A stretch of 64,000 nt of DNA from the NCBI GenBank assembly GCA_020057405.1, contig JAGVFW010000003.1, positions 64,001 to 128,000 on the forward strand, written 5' to 3'. A program made the translations under genes and the position numbers. This DNA comes from an archaeon. GTDB taxonomy: Archaea; Micrarchaeota; Micrarchaeia; Norongarragalinales; UBA97. The notes under the pieces were generated by a model. It made no database searches, was not told the DNA's origin, and saw only the letters and a list, made by a program, of their open reading frames with translations. Numbering within the stretch: the stretch's first letter is position 1; every line of letters begins with the position of its first letter. Positions 56,454-64,000 of the stretch are shown here, in pieces.

Positions 56454-56936
56454 TTAATTATGCAAGTGCGCAGGCGAATCGACGTAGTTTAGGGCCGCCA
56501 CAAACACGGGCCAAAGCGAAAAGTGCGTCGCCACGAGCGGAACGGTTTTCTTTGACTCGATTACCTTTGCCTTGTTTCGCTGCCATTTCCCCAGGTCAAA
56601 GTCAGTCTCTTCAACCGCCTTGTCAATTGCCGGAAACACCACGTCGTGCTCCAAATCAAGCTTCGCGCGCACTTTGTCATCCAGGTTAAGCCCTTTCCGC
56701 AACCGCTCGACCCTCTCCCGCAAATCTCCTTCGGGAAGTCTGTGGAAAAAATTGTTCATGAACGCGAAGGCCGCGACGTGCGCTTTGCGCTCGTCACTAA
56801 GCTTCGGGTTTATTTGTCTTAACAAAAGCGCGTGGTTGAAGGCCTCGACTAAGCCCGCTTCGACTTCCGGAACGTGCCGCGTCGGAATGCGGTCGAACAA
56901 CAGCGTCTTCTTTTGCGCCGGACTCAGCCTATCCAA
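56454..56936 (-). CDS. Hypothetical protein inside the dehydrogenase cluster
   Basis: 160-aa co-oriented ORF filling the gap between E1 beta and E2. Confidence 0.55.
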   Translation of the reverse strand: MDRLSPAQKKTLLFDRIPTRHVPEVEAGLVEAFNHALLLRQINPKLSDERKAHVAAFAFMNNFFHRLPEGDLRERVERLRKGLNLDDKVRAKLDLEHDVVFPAIDKAVEETDFDLGKWQRNKAKVIESKKTVPLVATHFSLWPVFVAALNYVDSPAHLHN

Positions 56937-56954
56937 TAACTTTCGCCCCGCTCT

Positions 56955-57944
56955 TCAGTATCCCGCACTCTTCTGCACCGCCGTTAGGATGCGCTTGATG
57001 TCGGGGATGAAGAAGTCCTCATTCGTGCCGAGCGGAAGCTGGGTATCCCAACCGCACACGCGCATTGGCGCTGCCTGCAGGGAATCGAAGGCGCGTTCGT
57101 TGACGCGGGCGATGACTTCGGCTGCAACGCCGAAGCTTTTCGGCGCTTCCTGCACGACGACGAGCCGCCCCGTCTTGCGCACGCTCTTGACCACTTCGTC
57201 AGTCTCGTCGAGGGGGGAAATCGTGCGCAAGTCGATTACCTCGCAGAGGATGCCGTGCTCTTTCGCCTTTTCGGCGGCGTCGAGAGTTTGCTTCATTTGC
57301 GGGCCCCAACTAACGAGAGTGACCTTGTCGCCCTGCTGCACGACGTTGGCAACGCCGATTGGCACGGTGTACTCTTCGTCCGGCACTTCGGCCTTAATCG
57401 AGCGGTAGAGGCGGGTGGGCTCCTCGAACAGCGTGGTGCAGTCGCCGCGGATGGCGCTGGCGAGAAGGCCTTTTGCATCATAAGGGTTGCTTGGGCAGAC
57501 GACTTTGAGGCCGGGAACGTGGGCGTAAGTCGCTTCGATGCACTCGCAGTGGTGCTCGAGGGCTCGGATGCCGCCGCCGCTTGGCGTGCGGATTGTAATC
57601 GGCATTTTCGTCTTGCCGCGGCTTCGGTAGTAGAGGCGCGCGCAGTGGTTGACGATGTGATTGTGGGCGACGCCGACAAAGCCGCTGAATTGGATTTCTG
57701 GAACCGGCCGCAGGCCCGCTGCGGCCATGCCGATTGACGTTGCGATGATGTTCTCTTCAGCAAGGGGCGTGTCAATCACGCGTTCTTTGCCGAATTTCGC
57801 CTGCAGGCCGTCGGTTGCGCGAAAGACTCCGCCCTCGTGGCCGATGTCCTCGCCTAGGGCGATTACGGTGCCGTCGCGGCCCATTTCCTGGTGCAGCCCT
57901 GCGTTGATTGCCTGAATCGTTGTCATCAAAGTCATTTCACTCAC
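56955..57944 (-). CDS. pdhB: 2-oxoacid dehydrogenase E1 beta
   Basis: GEDIG..GGVFRAT, DTPLAE, EIQFSGF, IDLRTISPLD. Confidence 0.93.
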   Translation of the reverse strand: MSEMTLMTTIQAINAGLHQEMGRDGTVIALGEDIGHEGGVFRATDGLQAKFGKERVIDTPLAEENIIATSIGMAAAGLRPVPEIQFSGFVGVAHNHIVNHCARLYYRSRGKTKMPITIRTPSGGGIRALEHHCECIEATYAHVPGLKVVCPSNPYDAKGLLASAIRGDCTTLFEEPTRLYRSIKAEVPDEEYTVPIGVANVVQQGDKVTLVSWGPQMKQTLDAAEKAKEHGILCEVIDLRTISPLDETDEVVKSVRKTGRLVVVQEAPKSFGVAAEVIARVNERAFDSLQAAPMRVCGWDTQLPLGTNEDFFIPDIKRILTAVQKSAGY

Positions 57945-58348
57945 TCCTTCACGTTAACGCGTACCACATTTACAGGCTTGCCGGGTTGCAGGAGCTTTAC
58001 GACGTCCTCCAGCGCTCTTGCGTGGTGGATGAACGTCTTCTCCGGTCCCGAATACCTTACCGAGGCGACTGAACCCTTCATCAAGAGCACCGCGACGAAA
58101 TTGCCCGGAGCGTGATGCCGAATTAGGTCGTCCGTGCTAGTAACACTCGAGATAACCGGTTTTGCGAGCGCTTTGGCTGCTTCGGGCGTGAGCTTAGTCG
58201 CCACTCCGAGCACCAGGTGGTGATTGTCAGACTGGCTGGCAACGGTGTCAAAGCCTGCGCGTCGCAAATAGGCCTCCGCGCTTGCCATGAAAGGCGTAGC
58301 GGCCTGAATTCGATTTAGTTTTTCTGTCCTTATGCCTCTTGAATTCAT
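57941..58348 (-). CDS. Hypothetical protein coupled between E1 alpha and E1 beta
   Basis: 4-bp start/stop overlaps with both neighbours. Confidence 0.6.
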   Translation of the reverse strand: MNSRGIRTEKLNRIQAATPFMASAEAYLRRAGFDTVASQSDNHHLVLGVATKLTPEAAKALAKPVISSVTSTDDLIRHHAPGNFVAVLLMKGSVASVRYSGPEKTFIHHARALEDVVKLLQPGKPVNVVRVNVKE

Positions 58349-59415
58349 AGCCCGTACACCTCGCTAAACTCGGCCTTCTGGCGCTGGAGTTCCGCCGTCA
58401 TCTGGGGGTAGACGAAGTCGAACATTTGGGAGGGCGAGTCCTTGAATTCCTCGGCCTTGGCGACCGCAGCCTCGACTTCCGTTACAATCGCCGCGTCGAG
58501 CTTGGCCTGCACGTCGTTGTTCCAAAGGCCCTTGCGCTCTAGGTACTTGCGGTAGCGGACGGCCCAGTCGAGCTTGCGCCAAGGATCGGCTTCGGCGTCT
58601 TCCCGGTACTTCTTGGGGTCATCCGCGGTGCTATGCGGCCCGAACCGGTAGGCAATTGCCTCAACGAGAGTCGGGCCTTCGCCCTTGCGCGCGCGGTCAA
58701 ATGCTTCGGAGAGGACGTGCTCCATTGCAAGCGGATCCATGCCATCAGCTTGCACGCCGTGGATGCCGTACCCCATTGCGCGCTGGGCGATTGTCTCCGA
58801 CGCCGTTTGCATCATGCGGGGAGTGCTGATTGCGTACTGGTTGTTCGTGCAGATGAACACGACGGGCAGCTTGTAGATGCCGCTAAAGTTGAGCGCCTCG
58901 TGGAAGTCGCCTTGGCTGCTTGCACCGTCGCCGAAAAAAGCGATGGCAATTTTGCCGTTTTTGAGGAGCTTGTTGGCGTAGGCGGCACCCGGGGCGTGCG
59001 CGATTTGGGAGCCAACCGGGATGGAGAGCGGGAAGTCGTTAGTCTTGTCCGGAATTGCCATTCCGTCCTCGTGGCCCTTGAGGTAGGTAAAGAGCATTGA
59101 CATGGGAGCGCCGCGGGCGAGGTAGAATGCGCTTTCGCGGTAGGAAGGGAATGCCCAGTCCTTGGGATCAAGCAGACGAGCTGCAGTGACTTGGATGGCT
59201 TCCTGGCCCTCAAAGGGCGTGTAGGTGAATGACCTGCCCTGCCTCTGGAGTGAGACGGCCTTTCGGTCAAAGGCACGGGTGGTTGACATGATGACGTAAC
59301 GGCGGACCAGCTCTTCTTGGGAAAGAGTGGGCTCGAGGCTCGCATCCGCATTGCCTTCCTCATCAAGCACTGAAACGTGCTTTACATGGCCACTAAACGC
59401 TATTGTCTCCGGCAT
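58345..59415 (-). CDS. pdhA: 2-oxoacid dehydrogenase E1 alpha
   Basis: LQRQGR, GQEA, GDGASSQGDFHEALN, NNQYAIS, YRFGPHSTADDP. Confidence 0.93.
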   Translation of the reverse strand: MPETIAFSGHVKHVSVLDEEGNADASLEPTLSQEELVRRYVIMSTTRAFDRKAVSLQRQGRSFTYTPFEGQEAIQVTAARLLDPKDWAFPSYRESAFYLARGAPMSMLFTYLKGHEDGMAIPDKTNDFPLSIPVGSQIAHAPGAAYANKLLKNGKIAIAFFGDGASSQGDFHEALNFSGIYKLPVVFICTNNQYAISTPRMMQTASETIAQRAMGYGIHGVQADGMDPLAMEHVLSEAFDRARKGEGPTLVEAIAYRFGPHSTADDPKKYREDAEADPWRKLDWAVRYRKYLERKGLWNNDVQAKLDAAIVTEVEAAVAKAEEFKDSPSQMFDFVYPQMTAELQRQKAEFSEVYGL

Positions 59416-59416
59416 T

Positions 59417-60424
59417 TCAACACACCCCTTCTGATACAGTACTCACTGTTTCCTTGTTTTTAATAACGCTTGCGATGAAGAACTCGCCGGCGCGATAAGA
59501 GCTTCGCACGAATGGACCGGCGGCGCAGTAGAGAAAACCGGCGTCAAGAGCGTGCCTCTCAAATTGCTTGAAGCGCGAAGGCGGGATGAACTCGGCTACC
59601 GGCAGGTGCCTTGAGGACGGCCGCAGGTACTGGCCGAGAGTAAGAAAATCACAGCCAATTGCGCGCAAGTCTGAAAACGCCTGCAGCAGCTGCTCTTCCG
59701 ACTCCCCCAGGCCGAGCATGATGGACGATTTCGTGAAAATCGATGGGTCGAGTGCCTTTACTGTTTGCAGGACTTTGAGCGACTGATCGTAGTTTGCGCG
59801 CGGGTCGCGCACGAACTTCTGCAGGCCGGCAGTTGTTTCCACATTGTGTGCGATGACGTGCGGCTTGGCAGCGACTATGGTGCGGATGCACTGCTCGTCA
59901 GCGCGGAAGTCAGGGATTAGCACTTCGACTAGAGTCTTTGGCGCCTGGCGCCTGATTTCGCGGATGACTTCGGCATAGTGGCCGGCGCCCTGGTCAGGCA
60001 AGTCGTCGCGGTCCACGCTTGTGATGACGACGTACTCAAGGCCCCACTTTGCAACTGCCTCGCCGACTTTTCGCGGCTCGTCCGCGTCAAGAACATCGCC
60101 TTTGGGCCCGTGGGGAACTGCGCAAAAGCGGCAGCCGCGAGTGCAAGTGTTGCCAAGCACCATGAAAGTCGCTGTGCCTCCGCTCCAGCACTCGGTGATG
60201 TTGGGGCAGTGGGCGCTTTCGCACACTGTATGCAAGCCGAGTGACTTGACTGTCGCCTTGACGTCGGCAAACTGGCCGGTTGGTGTCTTGATGCGCAGCC
60301 AGTCGGGTTTTGCGGGGTCTGCAACTTGCGAGAAGCTTAGAGTAGCGTAGTGCGGCGCAAGCTGGTGGGCTGAAATGCCTTCTTCCTGCGGTTCCCCGGC
60401 AGGCTCTACGCGCAGCGGAATCAT
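59417..60424 (-). CDS. lipA: Lipoyl synthase
   Basis: CESAHCPNITEC, CTRGCRFC radical-SAM motif, VRSSY. Confidence 0.96.
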   Translation of the reverse strand: MIPLRVEPAGEPQEEGISAHQLAPHYATLSFSQVADPAKPDWLRIKTPTGQFADVKATVKSLGLHTVCESAHCPNITECWSGGTATFMVLGNTCTRGCRFCAVPHGPKGDVLDADEPRKVGEAVAKWGLEYVVITSVDRDDLPDQGAGHYAEVIREIRRQAPKTLVEVLIPDFRADEQCIRTIVAAKPHVIAHNVETTAGLQKFVRDPRANYDQSLKVLQTVKALDPSIFTKSSIMLGLGESEEQLLQAFSDLRAIGCDFLTLGQYLRPSSRHLPVAEFIPPSRFKQFERHALDAGFLYCAAGPFVRSSYRAGEFFIASVIKNKETVSTVSEGVC

Positions 60425-60555
60425 AGCACAGAGAATTGGCGCTGCAAGCAATTTAAAAACGATGCTGGAGGTAAAGCCAACGGCAAAAGACGAAGGGGAC
60501 CGGCACGGAGGGGTTAAACCCCACGCTTTTTAGCCCTTGGGGGTATCAACTCCTA

Positions 60556-61491
60556 GTGGTGGATTTAGTGGACGAGATTTACGACTTTGCAGTCATCGGG
60601 GCCGGCGGAACTGGCTTTGCGGCAGCGATGTATGCCGGAAGGTTCCAGCTAAAGACTATAGTCATCGGCGAGACGCTAGGGGGCACCATCATTTTGACTG
60701 ACGTGGTAGAAAACTACCCTGGCTTCAAGAAGCTGACTGGCATGGAATTGGCCGAGAAAATCCAGGAGCACGCAATGGATTACCCAAGCGTGAAAGTGGA
60801 GAACGACCGCGTGACGGACGTCAAGAAGGAAGGCGAGCTCTTCGCAATCACCACGCTTGAGGGAAAGGTCTTCAAGTCCAAGACCCTGCTTTTCGCAACC
60901 GGCACCGAGTGGAAGAAGCTCGGCGTGCCCGGCGAGAAGGAACTGATGAACCGCGGCGTGCACTACTGCGCTCTCTGCGATGGCCCCCTATACAAGGACA
61001 AGACTTTAGTCGTCGTCGGAGGCGGGGACAGCGCGGCAAAGGAAGCCCTCTTGCTAACGCAGTGGGCAAAGAAAGTCTACATGGTCTACCGTGGCGAGAA
61101 AATCCGGCCCGAGCCAATCAACTATGATAGGTGCATCGCCAACCCCAAGCTTGAGATAATCAGCACCACCAAGGTAGTTCAAATCAAGGGCGAGAAGAAA
61201 GTGGAAGGCGTAGTCTTCGACAAGCCCTACAACGGCAGCACGGAATTTCCCTGTGACGCCGTCTTTGTCGAGATTGGCCACCTGCCGCTATCGCAGCTTG
61301 CAGTCAAGCTGGGCGTGAAAGTGAACAAGAAGGGCGAGATTGAGATTGACAGGCTTGCAAGAACCAACGCGCCGGGAGTTTTCGCTGCAGGCGATGTTGT
61401 TGACACCGAGTTCAAGCAGGCGATTACTGGCGTTGCCGAAGGCGTCCTGGCGGCTTACAGTGCGAACGAGTTTTTGAAGGGCAAAGCCTAA
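60556..61491 (+). CDS. trxB: Thioredoxin reductase
   Basis: VENYPGF, CALCDG, GGGDSA, FAAGD. Confidence 0.93.
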   Translation: MVDLVDEIYDFAVIGAGGTGFAAAMYAGRFQLKTIVIGETLGGTIILTDVVENYPGFKKLTGMELAEKIQEHAMDYPSVKVENDRVTDVKKEGELFAITTLEGKVFKSKTLLFATGTEWKKLGVPGEKELMNRGVHYCALCDGPLYKDKTLVVVGGGDSAAKEALLLTQWAKKVYMVYRGEKIRPEPINYDRCIANPKLEIISTTKVVQIKGEKKVEGVVFDKPYNGSTEFPCDAVFVEIGHLPLSQLAVKLGVKVNKKGEIEIDRLARTNAPGVFAAGDVVDTEFKQAITGVAEGVLAAYSANEFLKGKA

Positions 61492-61532
61492 ACGCAAACG
61501 CTTTAAACCCCGAAGAGTATAAGTGTGTTATA

Positions 61533-62108
61533 GTGATTTCAATGGAACACGTCAAGGGCGACATGCTCGTTGGTGAAATTGTTGCGCGCTACCCGCAGGT
61601 GGTGCCGGTTTTCCTAAAGTACGGCCTCCATTGCGTTGGCTGCCGCGTCTCGCCTTTTGAGACTATTGAAGAGGGCAGCATGGGCCACGGCATGCCGAAA
61701 GACGTTTTTGAGAAGATGATTGTCGAGGCAAATGAACTCGTTACCAACTCAAAGGCCGAAAAAGTCGCAAGCGGCGGGGAAAGCAAGCCCGTCTGGGTCA
61801 CCGAGAAGGCCGCGGTACAGATTCGAAAGATTGCAGAGGGCGAGGGCAAGGCCGGCTTTGGCTTGCGCATCAGCGTGCAGGCGGGAGGCTGCGCCGGCCA
61901 CAGCTACCAAATGGACTTCGAGGAGCAGCCCGATAAGGACGACGTCGTCATTGAGGCGCACGGCATAAAAGTTTTCTACTCAAGCGAGCTTGACAGCCTC
62001 ATCCACGGAACTACTATTGACTACCGCGAGGCGCTGCAGGGCGCGGGCTTTGTGATGCAGAACCCGAACGCCAAGACCTCATGCGGCTGCGGCCAGTCGT
62101 TTGCCTAA
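61533..62108 (+). CDS. DUF1858-like domain fused to an IscA/HesB A-type Fe-S carrier
   Basis: GLHCVGC...ETIEEG..GHG plus GGCAG...CGCGQSF. Confidence 0.88.
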   Translation: MISMEHVKGDMLVGEIVARYPQVVPVFLKYGLHCVGCRVSPFETIEEGSMGHGMPKDVFEKMIVEANELVTNSKAEKVASGGESKPVWVTEKAAVQIRKIAEGEGKAGFGLRISVQAGGCAGHSYQMDFEEQPDKDDVVIEAHGIKVFYSSELDSLIHGTTIDYREALQGAGFVMQNPNAKTSCGCGQSFA

Positions 62109-62467
62109 TCTTTTTTCAGGCCGAACCGAGATCCCAAGTCGTCCGCCTTTGACTTTTTGGCCGGCTTGTCGGAATATTTGAGCGAATAGTATTTTCCAAG
62201 GGCGAATGACGAACCCGCGTCAGGCGCGGTGTCCTTATCGTTGCCGTAGGCGGACGGCAGGTTGGAGAAAAGAACTTTCTGGCCGGCAAAGGCGACTGCG
62301 ACAACGAGCACTAGGCCCGCAACTCCGAACACCAGGCGGTTGGACACGCCAAACAGGTTGCCGCTGCCGGCGCCAGACACTAGTAGGGAGACACCGCCAA
62401 GAACTGCGCCAAAAAGGATTAGAAACTGCACAATTCGAATTGCTAGCGCCTTGGATCGATTGTCCAT
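62105..62467 (-). CDS. Hypothetical two-TM protein
   Basis: Two hydrophobic helices; start placed at ATG 62467. Confidence 0.6.
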   Translation of the reverse strand: MDNRSKALAIRIVQFLILFGAVLGGVSLLVSGAGSGNLFGVSNRLVFGVAGLVLVVAVAFAGQKVLFSNLPSAYGNDKDTAPDAGSSFALGKYYSLKYSDKPAKKSKADDLGSRFGLKKD

Positions 62468-62500
62468 ACGCTTTTTATGGCCGCTTTGGTTAAGAACTTT

Positions 62501-62959
62501 GTGAAAACGGTTTTTCTGGCAGCCGACCACGCCGGTTTTGAGCTAAAGGAATTCGTCAAGCACTTGCTCAAGCGCAAGGGCTATTCCGTCAAGGACTTCG
62601 GCACGCACTCAAACGAAAGCTGCGACTATCCTGACTTTATCATTCCCTGCGCAGCGGCGGTTGCCAAGAGCAAGGGCGCGGCCGCGGGAATCGTCTTCGG
62701 GGGAAGCGGCAACGGCGAGCAAATGGCCGCCAACAAAGTCAGGGGCATCCGAGCCGCGCTTTGCTATGACTTGCAGACTACAGTGCTTGCGCGGGAGCAC
62801 AATGACGCCAACGTGCTTAGCCTAGGGAGCCGGACGGTGACGAAGGACAAAAAGCTCGCGACGAAAATTGTGCTCGCGTTTTTGACAACCGCCTTTAGCG
62901 GCGAGGCGAGGCACAAGCGGCGTTTGAGGAAAATCGCGGCTTACGAGAGGCGCAAATAA
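62501..62959 (+). CDS. rpiB: Ribose-5-phosphate isomerase B
   Basis: ADHAGFELK, DYPD, GGSGNGE, REHNDANVL, RH.RR. Confidence 0.93.
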   Translation: MKTVFLAADHAGFELKEFVKHLLKRKGYSVKDFGTHSNESCDYPDFIIPCAAAVAKSKGAAAGIVFGGSGNGEQMAANKVRGIRAALCYDLQTTVLAREHNDANVLSLGSRTVTKDKKLATKIVLAFLTTAFSGEARHKRRLRKIAAYERRK

Positions 62960-63939
62960 TGGCAAAACTCTTGTTCATTGGAACGCTCGCCCTTGATGTC
63001 ATCGCCAAGCTGGATAAGCCGGGCAACACGGTTGTCGGGAAATTGACTGCAGCTGATTTCATGGCCAAAGCATTTGCCGACAAAGTCGAGCTTGACCGGC
63101 TGGAGGTGCGGCCCGGCGGGAGTGCCGCAAACGCGGCCATCGCCGCCCACGCGCTTGGAAGCAACTGCAGCCTCGTAAGCGCAGTTGGTGGCGACTTGTT
63201 CGGCAGGCACTTGGTTGCCAACATGAAGGGCCACGGCATTGCAGTTAACGGCGTTGCGGTGATGGCGGGACAAAAGACGAGCACGAGCGTCATTTTGCTT
63301 AGCGACGGCAACAAGGCGGTTCTCTCAAGCCGGGGCGCGTTTGCCCACCTCGGGCCCAAGCACTTGGGCGAAGAGCTCGTGAGAAAGAACGAGGTCATCA
63401 TCACCACTTCCCTATCCTCTAACGACAACTTCGCGCTCTTTCTAAAAGCCGTGAAGTTGGCGCACAAGGACCGCAAGAAAATCGTTTTCGCCCCAAGCAT
63501 GACGATGCTTAAGGCGCAGGGAAAGAAGTTCGCCAAGCTGCACCCGCACTTTGACCTGGCAATTTGCAACGAGGCCGAGGCGGCCTACTACACTGGCGAA
63601 AAAACGGCCGAGGCGGCAGTAAGAAAGCTGCCGGGCAAGGTGCGCGTGGTGACGATGGCGCAAAAGGGCGCGATTGCTTTTGCGGAAGGCAAGATTTTGA
63701 GAATTGCTGCCCCGCCGGTTAAGGTTGTCGACACTACGGGCGCAGGCGATTCATTTACGGGCGCGTTTGTGCACGAATTCTATAGCCACGGTAGCGTGAG
63801 AAATGCGTTGCAAACCGCAACTGCTGTCGCCGGACTCAAACTTGCGCACTTGGGCGCGCACTTTACTGGCACGGCTAAGGAAGTTAAAGCGTTCAGGAAA
63901 GCGCATGGCCGCCAGATGCTGGTAAAAACAGCGAACTAG
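62959..63939 (+). CDS. PfkB family carbohydrate kinase
   Basis: PGGSAANAA, NEAEA, VDTTGAGDSFTG. Confidence 0.92.
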   Translation: MAKLLFIGTLALDVIAKLDKPGNTVVGKLTAADFMAKAFADKVELDRLEVRPGGSAANAAIAAHALGSNCSLVSAVGGDLFGRHLVANMKGHGIAVNGVAVMAGQKTSTSVILLSDGNKAVLSSRGAFAHLGPKHLGEELVRKNEVIITTSLSSNDNFALFLKAVKLAHKDRKKIVFAPSMTMLKAQGKKFAKLHPHFDLAICNEAEAAYYTGEKTAEAAVRKLPGKVRVVTMAQKGAIAFAEGKILRIAAPPVKVVDTTGAGDSFTGAFVHEFYSHGSVRNALQTATAVAGLKLAHLGAHFTGTAKEVKAFRKAHGRQMLVKTAN

Positions 63940-64000
63940 TTGTTGGGCGCCTTTAGGATGCCTTGAAGGAATTTGTACGCGGCAGTAACCGGTTCGGGAT
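63936..64000 (-). CDS. Possible 3' end of a convergent CDS running in from the right edge
   Basis: Minus frame ...PEPVTAAYKFLQGILKAPNN* with a 4-bp convergent overlap. Confidence 0.35.
   Translation of the reverse strand, partial: PEPVTAAYKFLQGILKAPNN

Noticed and set aside
56572-57408. Long antisense ORFs such as 56572..57408, 1708..2412, 34657..35460, 32195..32902 and 62895..63569
   Set aside because: They are shadows of well-supported genes in GC-rich DNA and have no recognisable motifs.

Overview
This looks like a gene-dense chromosomal segment from an archaeon, probably DPANN (Micrarchaeota-like). That placement is inferred from intron-containing tRNAs without encoded CCA, TTTAA-type TATA boxes close to start codons, and the gene content. 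Housekeeping content: non-oxidative pentose phosphate genes (split tkt, tal, rpiB), glpX, thyX with a dUTPase-like gene, a Chlamydia-like class Ic ribonucleotide reductase with nrdR, a complete 2-oxoacid dehydrogenase and lipoylation cluster, Cys/PT-rich surface proteins, a GT-C glycosylation cluster and three tRNAs. The most striking unexplained structure lies at 15.6-23.3 kb. Six same-orientation exact copies of CTAAGTGCAGGGGGAG, overlapping a tRNA-Leu-like 3' end, separate small gene cassettes (Fic, Fic+TauE, an orphan, a ParB-like gene). The two ends of each cassette are co-varying inverted repeats, which suggests an integron-like or casposon-like cassette array; no recombinase is encoded in the window. 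A second candidate system is an RHH-nucleotidyltransferase fusion regulator, with a TCATACT-N3-TCATACT motif at its own promoter and at the glpX and lpdA promoters. All product calls come from reading motifs by eye; no database search was run.
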